A stretch of DNA of 64,000 nucleotides. Origin: an uncultured delta proteobacterium (lineage in GTDB: Bacteria; Desulfobacterota; Zymogenia; Zymogenales; Zymogenaceae). Under the pieces are notes generated by a model. The model did not search any database and was not told the DNA's origin. It was given only the letters and a program-made list of their open reading frames with translations. The position numbers were made by a program, and so were the translations under genes. Shown here piece after piece: positions 9,040 through 20,636 of this stretch; the first letter of the stretch is position 1; each line of letters opens with the position of its first letter. The stretch lies in NCBI GenBank assembly GCA_963735595.1, contig CAVTLK010000003.1:78905-142904 (forward strand). Direction: 5' to 3'.

Positions 9040-9822
9040 ATGGATTACACCAACAAGACGATTCTGATTACCGGGGCCTCGTCCGGCATCGGGCGGGCCG
9101 TCGCCATGGCGTTGAGCCGGCACAATAACGACATCTTCATCACGGCGCGGCGGAAGAAACTGCTCGACCAGACCGCCGACATGGTGACGAAAAACGGCAG
9201 CCGGTGCACTCCCATCGTCGGCGACGCGCTCGACGAGGACTACTGCCGGTCCGTAGTAAACGAGATGGTGAAGAAGTGCGGCCGGATAGACATCGCGCTT
9301 CTGAACGTCGGCGGGGGACCGGCCTCCAACACGCTGACCGTGTCGGCACAGACGGTCCGGGAGTGCATGCGGAGCAACTTCGATACGATGATCAACTTCT
9401 ACTGCCCGCTGATCGCCCAGATGAAAAAGCAGTCGACCAGGTGCCTCATCGCCCACACGAACTCGCTCGCGTCATACTTCGGCATCCCCATGCAGGGCGA
9501 CTACACGGCGGCCAAGGCGGCGGGCCGGATATTCCTCGAGACCGCCCGTATGGAGCTGAAACACTTCGGGTACAAACATATCCTCATCCAGACGATTCAC
9601 CCCGGCTTCGTCGACACGCAGACGTGCCGGAACGACGGGATCCCCAGTCCCAACCAAATCAGCGAAGAGGAATCGGCAAAATATATCCTCAAAGGCTTCA
9701 AGACGGAGATTCACGAAAACCGGTTCCCGGCGGGTATGAGCGCGGCGGTAAGATTTGGGAGGATCGCGTCCTACGCCCTCAGGACAATAGTGCTTCTCGG
9801 CGAGACGCCGAAGGAGTATTAA
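9040..9822 (+). CDS. Short-chain dehydrogenase/reductase
   Basis: TGASSGIG and YTAAK motifs; GGAGG RBS. Confidence 0.9.
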   Translation: MDYTNKTILITGASSGIGRAVAMALSRHNNDIFITARRKKLLDQTADMVTKNGSRCTPIVGDALDEDYCRSVVNEMVKKCGRIDIALLNVGGGPASNTLTVSAQTVRECMRSNFDTMINFYCPLIAQMKKQSTRCLIAHTNSLASYFGIPMQGDYTAAKAAGRIFLETARMELKHFGYKHILIQTIHPGFVDTQTCRNDGIPSPNQISEEESAKYILKGFKTEIHENRFPAGMSAAVRFGRIASYALRTIVLLGETPKEY

Positions 9823-10455
9823 AAAGGGGGCAGTTGGTCCGGGTTTGTCTCGTATGCGATTTCGTGGAAATATCATTCCTCAAAAAGTGATATCATGAAC
9901 GTAACCGCGAAACGCTGCGCCCGGGCAATACCTTTTACCATGGGATGAGCAGTGAGACAGGGCCCCTTTTTCCAATTTTCAATGCGTTGTTTTTCAGACG
10001 GTCATATCAGCAGGGAATGGCTGAAAGAATGTATTTTTTACGTGAACGCCTTCTTCGAGTATTATACCTGGGTGGAGTTGATCCTCGGTTTTGTCCTCCC
10101 CTTTTCGGCCATCATTTTTCTGGTACTCATCCTTATCCTTTTGATACGACAGTCACCGTCAAAGTCAGGGGAGGGCCAATAGAAAAAGTGGGCGGCCCTC
10201 CGCAATAACGGGTCGAGCGTCGCGTCCGTTGTTCGCCGTGTTTGGCCGCAGGCAAGAAATCAACTCTATCGCCGGCCTGCCTTCCCTTCTTCTTTTCACT
10301 TGCCTTTGATTTTGAAATCCGATACACTGGCCGCATTCCGATCCAACGCGGCTGGCGGGGGAGGGGCCGTCCGGTCGCTCACTTCATGCTTGTCATTTTA
10401 GAATCTCTCAGATCACCCTCCGCGTTCTTACCACCCTATATCATGGAGCACTCGT

Positions 10456-11920
10456 ATGGTTGATCTCGACGTAAAACTTCCCGTCGGAAGGATGATGCTG
10501 GGCTACGTTATCATCATCGCCCTTCTGGTGCTGGTAACCGTGGCGACCCATTTTGTCCCCGCGGGCCTCTATGACCGGGTCGAGAAGGTTAATCCCGAGA
10601 CCGGCACAACGATGAACGTGATCGTCCCGGACAGTTTCGCCTATGTCACGCCCAACCCGCAGGGGGTGGTTGACCTGCTGATCTCCCCTATCAAGTCTCT
10701 CTACGTACAAGGGGCCGATCGCCGCGATCATCGTTGTCTTCATCATCCTCATCGGCGGCTCGTTTATGGCGATGCGCCGAACGGGGGCGCTGGACGCCGG
10801 GGTGCTGCGGTTTATTAAGAAGTTCGAGGGGAGGGAAAAATACGTCATCCCGGCCCTGATGATATTCTTTTCCCTGTTCGGAGCGCTCTTCGGCATCCTC
10901 GAGGAGCTGACGCCGTTTATCATCATCGTTGTGCCGATGGCCATCGCCATGGGGTACGATTCGATCGTCGGGCTCATGCTGATATTCGGGGCGTGCGGCG
11001 TCGGGTTTACGGCGGCTATCACAAACCCGTTTACCGTCGGGATCGCCCAGAGGATCGCGGAGATCCCCCTCTTTTCAGGGGCGACCTACCGGATGCTGGT
11101 CTGGGTCGTGATGATGACGATCGCCGTAGGATACACCGCGTGGTACGGCGCCCGGGTACGAAAAGACCCGTCAAAGAGCCTCGTGGCCGATTTCGACGCC
11201 TCGGTCCGCAAGGAGTTCGTAGAGATCGAAAAGGAGTTTTCCGATTTCACGCCGGCGCACCGGCGGGTCGTCTGGATGATCGGCACACTGGTTGCCTTTC
11301 TTTTCGTCGGGCTGATCGTTGGGCAGCTGGCCGCGCCCAAGGTCATGGCCGACATAAGCCTGCCGTTCGTCGTCCTCATATTCGTCGTCATGGGCGTTGC
11401 CTCGGGGCTCCTGGGAGGGCTCGGCGCCTGGGGGACTCTCAAGGCCTTTGTCAAGGGATTCATCACGTTTATTCCCGCCGGTCTCTTCATCATGCTGGCG
11501 CGGGCCGTTATCGTCATCGCCGACGAGGGAAAGATCATCGATACGATTCTTTTTTGGTTATCGGGGTTCATCGCGCAATTTCACGTGGTGTTCGCCTCCT
11601 GGGCGATGCTGCTGGTGCAGACGATTATCAACTTTTTCCTCTCGTCCGGCTCGGCCCAGGCGATGGTAACGATCCCGGTAATGGTGCCGCTCGGAGAGCT
11701 GGTCGGCATCACGCGGCAGGTGACGGTCCTGGCCTTCCAGATGGGAGATGGATTCTCCAATATCTTCTGGCCGACCAATCCCCTCCTGATTGTCGCCGTG
11801 TCGCTGGCCGGCATCACCTGGACCAAGTGGGCGCGTTTCATGCTGCCGCTGCAGATAATGCTGCTTACGGCGGGCTTCCTGATGCTGACGATTGCGGTGC
11901 TCATCGGGTGGGGGCCGTAG
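10456..11920 (+). CDS. YfcC/DcuC-like (C4-dicarboxylate anaerobic carrier family) membrane transporter, frameshift near 10715
   Basis: FVPAGLYDR, NPFTVGIAQRIAEIPLFSG, SGSAQA, AFQMGDGFSNIFWPT are YfcC-type motifs. Confidence 0.85.
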
Positions 11921-11982
11921 CGGCGCACACGAAGGAGGATTCGCCGGGGCCCGATGGGGGGAGGAAGGAAGAGACTATTTTC

Positions 11983-12031
11983 GCTATTGCGAGGAGCCGA
12001 AGGCGAAGCGGGAATTCCCCGACTGTGACCG
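11983..12031 (+). repeat. GTCATTGCGAG-type palindromic repeat, degenerate half element
   Basis: GCTATTGCGAGGAGCCGAAGGCGAAGCGGGAATTCCCCGACTGTGACCG resembles the copy at 30449. Confidence 0.6.
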
Positions 12032-12233
12032 TGCAGCAGGGAAATTGCCCCGGTCACTTCGTTCCCCACGATAACGGGCATTCGTCCGACCGGGGAAAAT
12101 AGGCCGTATGCGAGCAACCCGTGTTTCTTAAACATACTATAATACCTGCTATTACCGCACCATAAGGAGGTTTACCGAAGCGCAATCCTGAAAGAACCAT
12201 GACATAGACCCTTGACCCGAATTGGAGGCCTCT

Positions 12234-14363
12234 ATGCGAACGCTTCAGATTCTGGGAATTGACGCAGGCGGAACGATGACCGACACCATCCTCATCGATA
12301 AGGAGGGGGCAATGGTGATCGGCAAGGCCGCCACAACGCCCCACGATGAATCGATCGGTTTTCTCGCCTCGCTCGCCGACGCACTCGGCTGGTGGGATAT
12401 GAAACCGGAGCACGCAGTGCCGATGCTGGACGCGGCCATCTATTCCGGGACCGCCATGATTAATGCGCTGCTCATGCGGCGGGGCAAGAAAGTGGGGCTT
12501 CTCATCACCAAGGGGCTGGAAGACTACCTCCTCATGGAGCGGGGGGTCCAGACCTATCTCGGTTACCATTATCCAGACAGGCTTCATACCGTCACCCATG
12601 TCCACAATCCCCCCCTGATTCCGCGGCGCTGGGTAAAAGGCATCGGTCAGCGCACCGACATGTTCGGCACGGAGGTAATCCCCCTCTACGAAGACGAGGT
12701 GAGGGCGGCCGCCGAAGAGCTGATCGACGAGGGAGTCGAAGCCCTGACCATCTCTTTTACCTTCTCCTACGTCAACCCGTCCCATGAGCGGCGCGCCGAA
12801 GAAATCGTCCGGGAGGTAATGCCCCGAAAGGGCGTTGACCTTCCCGTCTATATCGGCAGCCGCGTCCAGCCCGTGATGAGGGAGTACTCCCGCCTTAACT
12901 GCGTCGTCATCGAGGCGTACGCCGCCGACCCCTCCCGCCGCCACCTCATCAAGATCGAAGACGAGATCAAGAAACAGGGCTTCAAACGCCGCCTGCAGAT
13001 CATGACGGCCCACGGCGGAATTGTGAACGTCCGGGCGGCAAAGGCGTTCCAGAGCCTGATCTCGGGGCCCATCGGCGGAATCATCGGCTCGAAGTACGTC
13101 GCCGACCGGCTCGGCATCAAGAACGTCATCTGCACCGACATGGGCGGGACGAGCTTCGACGTGGGCCTCATCACCGAGGGGGTCTTTTCCATCAACCCGG
13201 AACCGGATATCGCCCGTTTCAAGATGAACCTGCCGATGGTCGCGGTCGATTCCATCGGCGCGGGGACGGGCACGTTCATCCGGGTCGACCCGATCAGTAA
13301 TCGCGTCGAGCTCGGGCCGGACAGCGCGGGCGCAGACCCCGGCCCCTGCTGTTACGGAATCCAGAAGGAAAACCCGACGATTTGTGACTGCGACGTGATC
13401 AGCGGCATCATCAATCCCGATTACTACCTGGGGGGGACTATCAAGATCTACCGCGATCTGGCCGTGGAGGTTTTTAAGGAAAAGGTGGCCGACAAGCTGG
13501 GGCTGGACATCTTCGAGGCGGCGGCGGGCATGATCAGCCTTGTCGAGACACAAATGCGCGACCATCTCCACGCGATGGTTCTGGGCCGGGGGTTCGAGAC
13601 GTTCGACTATTACCTCTCGTCCTACGGGGGGGCCGGGCCGATGCACTGCGCCAGCTACTGCGAAGGGCTTGATTTTAAAGGGATCATGATCCCGGCCTGG
13701 GCGCCGGCGTTTTCGGCCTTCGGGTGCACCTGCGCCGATTACCAGCACCGCGCCGATAAATCGACCCTGGTCATGTTCCCGCTGGGTGCAGACGAAGCCA
13801 CGAAGACCGCCCTCGGCGGGATGCTCAACGCCGTCTGGGCCGAGCTCAAGGGGATGCTCCTGGGCGAGTTTGCCGCGGAGGGCTACACCGAGGCTCAGAT
13901 CGCGTTTACTCCCTACGTCCGTATGAGTTACACGGGCCAGCTGGACGCCCTGGAGGTCAAATGCCCCACGCTTGAGGTGGCCACGGCCGCGCAGGTGGAC
14001 GAGATCATCGGTAACTTCGAGACCCTCTACGAAAAGGTCTTTGCCCGGGCGGCGAAGTTTCCCGAGGCAGGGTACCTCGTGACGGAGGCGGTCCTCACGG
14101 CGACGGTCGATACCATCAAGCCGGCGCTCCCAAAATCGAAGCTTGCCGCACGCAAGCCCGGCAAGGAAGCCGGCAAGGGTACGCGCGACGTCTACTGGAG
14201 AGGCGGGTGGAAAAAGTTTGCCCTCTACGAGATGGACCTCCTGAAGCCGGGCAACGTAGCCGAGGGGCCCTGCATCGTGGAGCACCCCGCCACGACCCTC
14301 GTTGTGCCCCCGGATTACCGGGTGCGCATGGACGAATACCGAATATTCTGGATGGAACGGTAA
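12234..14363 (+). CDS. acxA: Acetone carboxylase beta subunit-like (hydantoinase A/oxoprolinase family)
   Basis: GIDAGGTMTD, KAATTPHDESIG, ISGPIGG, DMGGTSFD, SYGGAGPMH. Confidence 0.85.
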   Translation: MRTLQILGIDAGGTMTDTILIDKEGAMVIGKAATTPHDESIGFLASLADALGWWDMKPEHAVPMLDAAIYSGTAMINALLMRRGKKVGLLITKGLEDYLLMERGVQTYLGYHYPDRLHTVTHVHNPPLIPRRWVKGIGQRTDMFGTEVIPLYEDEVRAAAEELIDEGVEALTISFTFSYVNPSHERRAEEIVREVMPRKGVDLPVYIGSRVQPVMREYSRLNCVVIEAYAADPSRRHLIKIEDEIKKQGFKRRLQIMTAHGGIVNVRAAKAFQSLISGPIGGIIGSKYVADRLGIKNVICTDMGGTSFDVGLITEGVFSINPEPDIARFKMNLPMVAVDSIGAGTGTFIRVDPISNRVELGPDSAGADPGPCCYGIQKENPTICDCDVISGIINPDYYLGGTIKIYRDLAVEVFKEKVADKLGLDIFEAAAGMISLVETQMRDHLHAMVLGRGFETFDYYLSSYGGAGPMHCASYCEGLDFKGIMIPAWAPAFSAFGCTCADYQHRADKSTLVMFPLGADEATKTALGGMLNAVWAELKGMLLGEFAAEGYTEAQIAFTPYVRMSYTGQLDALEVKCPTLEVATAAQVDEIIGNFETLYEKVFARAAKFPEAGYLVTEAVLTATVDTIKPALPKSKLAARKPGKEAGKGTRDVYWRGGWKKFALYEMDLLKPGNVAEGPCIVEHPATTLVVPPDYRVRMDEYRIFWMER

Positions 14364-14375
14364 GAGGAGAAGACT

Positions 14376-16586
14376 ATGCCACGAGCGGTCCAACAGATAG
14401 AAAAACCCGCCGGGTGGGGCGGCACAACCCTCAAGGAAATGCTTAACGAGAGCCGCCGGCAGTTCGAAGAGACCGGCAGCTATTGCGGCGTCACCCATCT
14501 GACGCTCAAGGAGGCCGACCCGCTTAAATACGAGCGGCTCTACTCGAGGCTTCGCGGTATGATGGTGGCCTCCCGCGAGGCGGCGCTCAGGGTCAGCGCG
14601 TCACCCATCGTCAAGGAGCTGGGCGAGCTCTGTTTTGCACTCTACACCCCGGAGGGGGACTCGGTGGTGCTGTCCACCGGCATCATCGTCCATGTCCACA
14701 CGATGAGCATGGCCATAAAGTGGATGATCGATAACGACTACGAGGCCGACCCCTGTATCAACCGGGGGGACATATTCGGCAACAACGACCCGCTGATCGG
14801 AGACGCGCACACGGCCGATGTCCAGAGCCTGACCCCGATCTTCTACGGCGAGGAGGTGGTCGGCTGGGTGGGGGCGGTCACGCACGTGATGGATTGCGGG
14901 GGAGTGGACGCCGGGGGGCTTCCGATCATGACGATCAACCGGTTCGGCGACGGCCTCTACCTCTCGTGCGAGAAGGTCGGGACCGATTGGAAACTCAGGC
15001 GCGACTACGAAATCCGGTGCGACCGAAACCTGCGCTACCCGCTCTTCTGGCACCTGGACGAAAAGGCGAGGCTGGCCGGCTCCCAGATCGTCCACGATAC
15101 GATCGGGGGGATTATCGATGAGTTCGGGATCGACTATTACAAGAGCTTCATCCGTGAGGTGATCGAGGAGGGGCGTCAGATCTTCACCAAGCGCGTCATC
15201 GAGCGGCTGTTCCCCGGCGTCTTTTCTTCGGTATCGTTTTACGACGTCGATCAGAAGAACGCCCCGCTGCCGTTGATCGCCGCGAAGGACAGTATCATGC
15301 ACGCTCCGGTCAGGGTGGAGATCAAGCCCGATGGGCAGTTGATCTTCGATATGGCCGGGACCAACCGCTGGAACTACCACCCGGCCAACTGCTCGATCTC
15401 GGCGATGCAGGGAGGCTTCTGGGTCTCTATTACCCAGATGCTGGCCTACGACGGCAAGGTAAACGACGGGGCGTACCTGGCCACCGTCCAGCATTACCCC
15501 TACGGCTCGTGGGCAAATCCCGACAACCCCCACGTCTCCAACTCCGCCACGTGGGGCCCCCTCATGAGTACCTATAACAACCTCTACCGGTGCCTCTCGA
15601 AGAGCTTCTTCGGACGGGGGTTTCGCGAGGAGATACTGGCAGGTTACGGGAACAACACCATGTGTCAGCTCGGGGGGACCGACCAGTACGGCAGGCCGTT
15701 GGGCATCATCAACTTCGAGCTTTCGGCGGCCGGCTGCGGGGCGCGGGCGATGATGGACGGCCTGGATACCGGCTACGCCGTTTGGAATACCGAGGCCGAC
15801 CAGGGCAACGTCGAGATCTGGGAGATGTTCATACCCAAGGTCTACCTCGGCCGCAACCTTACCCCCGATTCGGCCGGCATGGGCAAACACCGCGGGGGAT
15901 CGGGCTTTCACAGCGTCTACCTATTCTGGAACTCGAACAACGTCGAAGTCGTGAGTGCGGGACCGGGCAAGGTATTCGACAACTGCGGCATATTCGGCGG
16001 GTACCCGGGGGCGCGGGTAATGCGGCACAAGGAGATGGTCCTCAACTCGAACATCAGGGAGGTGGTCGCCACGTACCAGCCCTATCCGACGCGGGAAGGC
16101 GACCCGAACAACCCCGACATCATGACGATGCTCCAAGGCGACAAAAAAATCCTCGATTCCTCCATGATGCACCCGATCCCCATGAAGACCGGCGACGTCT
16201 TCATCCAGCACTACCAGGGCGGGCCGGGTTACGGCGACCCGATCGAGCGCGACCCCGAGGCGGTGGTAAACGACCTTAACAACAATACCGCGCACCCGAG
16301 AAAGGCGCGCGACGTCTACGGGGTGGCGGTATCCTACAACGAGGCCGCAAAGCAGTGGGGGCATGACCCGGAAAAAACGAAAGGTCTTCGGGATGAGATT
16401 CGCGACCGCCGAAAAACACGGGGGGTCTCCGCACAGGAGTGGGTGAAGCAGGAGCGGGAGCGGATCGTCGGCGGGGAGCTGCCGCCGGTCGTAACGGGTA
16501 TGTTCAGGGAGAGCATGGAACTCTCGATCCGGTTCTCAAACCAGTTTCGGGAGTTCTGGGGACTGCCCGAGGATTTCACGTTCTAA
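14376..16586 (+). CDS. acxB: Acetone carboxylase alpha subunit-like (hydantoinase B family)
   Basis: GELCFALYTPEGDSVVLSTGIIVHVHTM, GDAHTAD, VTHVMD, GGPGYGDPIER; ends FWGLPEDF. Confidence 0.85.
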   Translation: MPRAVQQIEKPAGWGGTTLKEMLNESRRQFEETGSYCGVTHLTLKEADPLKYERLYSRLRGMMVASREAALRVSASPIVKELGELCFALYTPEGDSVVLSTGIIVHVHTMSMAIKWMIDNDYEADPCINRGDIFGNNDPLIGDAHTADVQSLTPIFYGEEVVGWVGAVTHVMDCGGVDAGGLPIMTINRFGDGLYLSCEKVGTDWKLRRDYEIRCDRNLRYPLFWHLDEKARLAGSQIVHDTIGGIIDEFGIDYYKSFIREVIEEGRQIFTKRVIERLFPGVFSSVSFYDVDQKNAPLPLIAAKDSIMHAPVRVEIKPDGQLIFDMAGTNRWNYHPANCSISAMQGGFWVSITQMLAYDGKVNDGAYLATVQHYPYGSWANPDNPHVSNSATWGPLMSTYNNLYRCLSKSFFGRGFREEILAGYGNNTMCQLGGTDQYGRPLGIINFELSAAGCGARAMMDGLDTGYAVWNTEADQGNVEIWEMFIPKVYLGRNLTPDSAGMGKHRGGSGFHSVYLFWNSNNVEVVSAGPGKVFDNCGIFGGYPGARVMRHKEMVLNSNIREVVATYQPYPTREGDPNNPDIMTMLQGDKKILDSSMMHPIPMKTGDVFIQHYQGGPGYGDPIERDPEAVVNDLNNNTAHPRKARDVYGVAVSYNEAAKQWGHDPEKTKGLRDEIRDRRKTRGVSAQEWVKQERERIVGGELPPVVTGMFRESMELSIRFSNQFREFWGLPEDFTF

Positions 16587-16609
16587 CCGACCAGAGGTAG
16601 GAGCGAGCC

Positions 16610-17110
16610 ATGCCCGCGTATACGAAAGAAATGATAGCCGACCTGATCGACGGAAGGCTGCCCTGGGCGACGGTCAAGAATATCATGAGCGGGCCCAAGG
16701 ACATCGATCGATTTGAGAAATATCTCGAAGTCCTCCAGGAGCGGGTTTCCTTCACGGAGACGATCCTGGTGCCGATAGCGGAGCACCTCTACGTCGTCCA
16801 GAAGCGGGGTCAGCGAATCGTCAAGTGCGACTGTGGTCATGAATTCGGTGACTACCGGAAAAACTGGAAGCTTTCGGCGCTCATCTATGTGCGTGATACC
16901 GAAGAAAAGATGGATGAGATCTTCGAGGGGCTCCATAAGCCGGATACTGACTGGGCCGAAATACGGGAATACTACTGCCCCGGCTGCGCAAGCCAGCTCG
17001 AGGTGGAGGCCGTGCCCCCCGGATATCCGATCCTCTTCGACTTCCTTCCAGATATCGACGGTTTCTACGACATGCGGCCGGAGCTCAAGAAGAAGATCAT
17101 GGGCAGATAG
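16610..17110 (+). CDS. acxC: Acetone carboxylase gamma subunit-like
   Basis: KCDCGHEFGDYRKNWKL and REYYCPGC Zn ligands; PGYPILFDFLPDID. Confidence 0.9.
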   Translation: MPAYTKEMIADLIDGRLPWATVKNIMSGPKDIDRFEKYLEVLQERVSFTETILVPIAEHLYVVQKRGQRIVKCDCGHEFGDYRKNWKLSALIYVRDTEEKMDEIFEGLHKPDTDWAEIREYYCPGCASQLEVEAVPPGYPILFDFLPDIDGFYDMRPELKKKIMGR

Positions 17111-17265
17111 TCCGCCAATGTGAGGATGCCGCTGCGGGGGCGGGGCGCCCGGTGTACGGGTGCCGGCCGTAACCCTCGTTTTTCTTTTTCATTGCGTCCT
17201 ATTTATGGTAGTATTGCCGAAATTGTATCCATCGCGCAGGAATACTGATATCAGATAGAGGGCCT

Positions 17266-18020
17266 ATGGACGTCCGTCTTGACGGAAAGATCATGCTGGT
17301 CACCGGCGCTTCGACCGGCATCGGCCGCGCTATCGCCGAGGAGGCCGCCCGCTCCGGCGCGGCAGTGGCAATCAACTTCCTTTCGAGCCTGGCCGAGGCC
17401 GAGGGTCTCAAGGCCCGGATCGACGCTGGGGGAGGCGTCTGCTGTCTCGTTCAGGGGGACGTCTCCGACGAAGGGGACGTCGCCCGCATCTTCGCCGAGA
17501 CGGCCGAGAGGCTGGGCGCGCCCCCGACTGCCTCGTCAACAATGCCGGCTCGATGATTCAGCGTTCCCTCATTGCGGAGATGGAGACGGCCGTATGGGAT
17601 CGGGTCTACGCCGTCAACATGCGCTCGGTCTTTCTCTGCTGCCGGCAGGCCCTCAAGACGATGATACCGAACAGGGGCGGAGTCATTATCAATATCTCGT
17701 CGATCGGGGCGTACACCGGCGGCGGGCCGGGATCGGCGGCATACGCCTCCACGAAGGGGGCAATGAACACGTTCACGGTGGGGCTGGCGCGGGAGGTCGC
17801 GCGGCATAACATCCGGGTGATGGCGGTCGGCCCCGGCGTTATCGAGACGCCGTTTCACGATAAGTTCACGACTCCCGAGCGGCGGGAGGCGTTTGAGAAG
17901 ATGATTCCGCTGGGAAGGGTGGGAACACCCGAGGACGTCGCGCCGACGGTCATCTTCCTGGCCTCTGATCTCGCATCTTTTACCACCGCGCATCACTTCG
18001 ATATCACGGGGGGTATGTAA
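17266..18020 (+). CDS. Short-chain dehydrogenase/reductase (FabG-like), frameshift near 17525
   Basis: TGASTGIG; LVNNAG after the shift; YASTK; IPLGRVGTPEDVA. Confidence 0.85.
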
Positions 18021-18026
18021 CGGGAA

Positions 18027-19091
18027 ATGAGTAAGGTATTCGTCGAAGACCTCAGGAACGGGCAGGGCGTCGATACGGTTTTCCTGGTGCGCGACAAGGC
18101 GCTGGCGGTAACCAAGGACGGCCGGCCCTACATCAAGCTCGCCCTGATAGACCGCACCGGAAAGATAGAGGCCAGGATGTGGGACAGGCAGGCGGAGGAG
18201 CGGGGGATCGAGCGGACGTTTGAGGGATTCAAACAGAACGATTTCGTCCGCGTGACGGGGCGTGTCGAGAGCTTCAAGGATCTGCTCCAGATCAACGTGG
18301 AAGCGATCGTGCCGACGAATCCGCAGGATATCGATATCGCCGATTTCGTCCCCAAGGGCGACAAGAACCCCGAGGAGATCGTCCGTGACCTCACCCGCAT
18401 CGTTGCTTCCCTGAGGAACCCGTTTCTCAAGCGGCTCGGTAATGCGTTTCTGAAAGACAGCCATTTTATGGAGCGGTTCACACGCGCGCCGGCCGCCAAA
18501 AAGCTCCATCAGGCATACCTCGGCGGGCTGCTCGAGCACAGCTATAACCTCGTGAAGATGGCGCTGGACGTCTCGCGCTACTACCCGCAGCTCAACGGCG
18601 GGATATTGGTCATCGGGGCGCTCCTGCACGATATCGGCAAGATCGAAGAGCTCGATTACCAGCGGGCCTTCGACTATAGCGACCGGGGGAGGTTCCTGGG
18701 CCACCTCTTCATCGGCGCGCGGATGGTCGACGAGAAGATCGCCGCGATTGACTCGTTTCCGGAAGACCTCAAGAATATGGTCCTCCACCTGATACTCTCC
18801 CACCACGGGCTGCACGAGTATGGGGCGCCGGTGCTCCCGGCAACGCTGGAGGCCGTCGTACTTTTTCAGCTGGATGACCTGGACGCGAAGGTCTGGGGAT
18901 TTACCGGAGAACAGGTTCGCTCGGAGGCGCTGCCCGGCAACTGGACCGCCTTTTCCAACGTCTATTCCCGTTTCATCTATAAAGGGGATACGTATATCGG
19001 GACGGACGAGGACGAGGCCGAAAAAGGGGAGCGCAAGAACCGCGAGCGCATGGATAAGAAACTGATGCTCGGCCTCTTTGACGACCAGTAA
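18027..19091 (+). CDS. yhaM: OB-fold plus HD-domain 3'-5' exoribonuclease, YhaM/Cbf1 family
   Basis: DRTGKIEARMW, PAAKKLHQAYLGGLLEHS, LLHDIGK, ILSHHG. Confidence 0.85.
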   Translation: MSKVFVEDLRNGQGVDTVFLVRDKALAVTKDGRPYIKLALIDRTGKIEARMWDRQAEERGIERTFEGFKQNDFVRVTGRVESFKDLLQINVEAIVPTNPQDIDIADFVPKGDKNPEEIVRDLTRIVASLRNPFLKRLGNAFLKDSHFMERFTRAPAAKKLHQAYLGGLLEHSYNLVKMALDVSRYYPQLNGGILVIGALLHDIGKIEELDYQRAFDYSDRGRFLGHLFIGARMVDEKIAAIDSFPEDLKNMVLHLILSHHGLHEYGAPVLPATLEAVVLFQLDDLDAKVWGFTGEQVRSEALPGNWTAFSNVYSRFIYKGDTYIGTDEDEAEKGERKNRERMDKKLMLGLFDDQ

Positions 19092-19196
19092 CAGTATAGG
19101 TTCGGATCAACGGGAATTGCGGATGACCTGAAAGCGGCGTAGCCGTGTCCGCATGATGGCCCGGGGACAAGAAGCTATTGGTCTCCAACCACTTCC

Positions 19197-20636
19197 TCAC
19201 TGCTCATTATAAGCCAACGCCGTCTGCACCCGTTCGATGACCCGGTATCTCCCAAGCAATTCGATCACCCCCTCCAGCGCCGGCCCGTGCTCCATCCCGG
19301 TTAACGCCGCACGAATAGGCATGTAGAGGTCCTTCCCCGTAAGTCCGGTCTCGCGTGAGGCGGCGGCGGCCGCATCGCGGTAGGCCGCGGCGGTCAGCGT
19401 CGGGACGTCACGGATTTGGTTTAAAAATGCCGAAAGGACGGACCGGGAGGATGTATTTGCCAGAAGGGACAGACACGCTTCGTCCATGGGGGGCGTGTCC
19501 GCAAAAAAGATCGGCGCGAAGGCCGACGCATCGGCCAGTGTGTCGATATTTTCTCTGATCGCGTCGGCAAAGAGGACGAGCGTATCCCGACCGATCTGAT
19601 CCGTATTGTAGCCGGCGGCCCGCAGGAACGGGACCACGCGGGATGAGAGGTCCTCTGCGGGTATTATTTTGGCGGCCATACCGCTCATACGCCTGATCTT
19701 CTCGGGTTCGATTCTCACGGCGCTGCGGCCCAGCCGCGTGATGTCAAATGACTCCGCGAGATGGTTTAGAGACACGACCTGTTTTCCGGTCACGGCGGGG
19801 TTGCCGACCGAGGCAAGGTAGGCTCCGACGCCTTCGGGAAGGTATCCCTGCGCGATGAGGGCCTCGATATCAAATCCTCCCTCGCGCTTCTTGATCTTAT
19901 CCCCCGATTCGGTAACCAGCAGCGGGATGTGGGCAAACGCCGGTGGCTCGTGCCCGAGGGCGCGGTGGATGAGTATCTGGCGAGGCGTGTTGGGGAGGTG
20001 ATCTTCGCCCCGAATGACGTGGGTGATCCCCATGAGGCAATCATCCACGGCGCTGGAGAAGATGAAAACGGCCGAACCGTCCGCCCTGACTATGACGAAA
20101 TCGCCGAAGGCGTCCGACGAGAAGGCTATCTCCCGGTGAATGAGATCGCGGATTCGTATTTCGGTAAAATCGACCCTGAAGCGAAGGGTGTAAGGCATGC
20201 CGGCGCGGGATGCGATTTCGCGGTCGGTCAGCGGCCTGCACCGGCCCGAGTAGCGGGGTGGTCTTCCGGCGGCGGCGGCCAGCCGTTTTTCGTCGGCCAG
20301 CATCTGATCGGTGCAGAAACAGCGGTAGGCGATCCCCTCGGCCAGGAAGCGTTCCGCGATCCGCGCATATATCTCGCGGCGCTCACTCTGGCGGTAAGGG
20401 CCGAACCGGCCGCCTATCCCCGGACCTTCGTCGGGCCGGATGCCGAGCCACTCCAGCTCCCGGGAGATCAGGGCCTCGGCGCCGGGATCGAACCGCGCCT
20501 CGTCGGTATCCTCTATGCGAAGGATGAGGCGGCCCCCCTCCTTACGCGCAAAGAGGTGGTTGATGACGGCGATCCTGGCGTTTCCGAGGTGCAGCGCGCC
20601 GGTGGGACTGGGGGCGAACCGGACCCTGACGCTCAT
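19197..20636 (-). CDS. gltX: Glutamate--tRNA ligase
   Basis: [42 protein letters not shown]-terminal anticodon domain. Confidence 0.92.
   Translation of the reverse strand: MSVRVRFAPSPTGALHLGNARIAVINHLFARKEGGRLILRIEDTDEARFDPGAEALISRELEWLGIRPDEGPGIGGRFGPYRQSERREIYARIAERFLAEGIAYRCFCTDQMLADEKRLAAAAGRPPRYSGRCRPLTDREIASRAGMPYTLRFRVDFTEIRIRDLIHREIAFSSDAFGDFVIVRADGSAVFIFSSAVDDCLMGITHVIRGEDHLPNTPRQILIHRALGHEPPAFAHIPLLVTESGDKIKKREGGFDIEALIAQGYLPEGVGAYLASVGNPAVTGKQVVSLNHLAESFDITRLGRSAVRIEPEKIRRMSGMAAKIIPAEDLSSRVVPFLRAAGYNTDQIGRDTLVLFADAIRENIDTLADASAFAPIFFADTPPMDEACLSLLANTSSRSVLSAFLNQIRDVPTLTAAAYRDAAAAASRETGLTGKDLYMPIRAALTGMEHGPALEGVIELLGRYRVIERVQTALAYNEQ

Noticed and set aside
9952..10182. 76-aa ORF with a hydrophobic segment
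   Set aside because: No recognisable motif and uncertain start; could be a real small membrane protein but is unsupported
12054..14498. 814-aa minus-strand ORF and similar long shadow ORFs (14601-15911, 17451-18815, 37033-38178)
   Set aside because: Antisense to well-supported genes; expected in high-GC DNA
19092..19196. Possible structured RNA between yhaM and gltX
   Set aside because: Only weak pairing; no recognisable family
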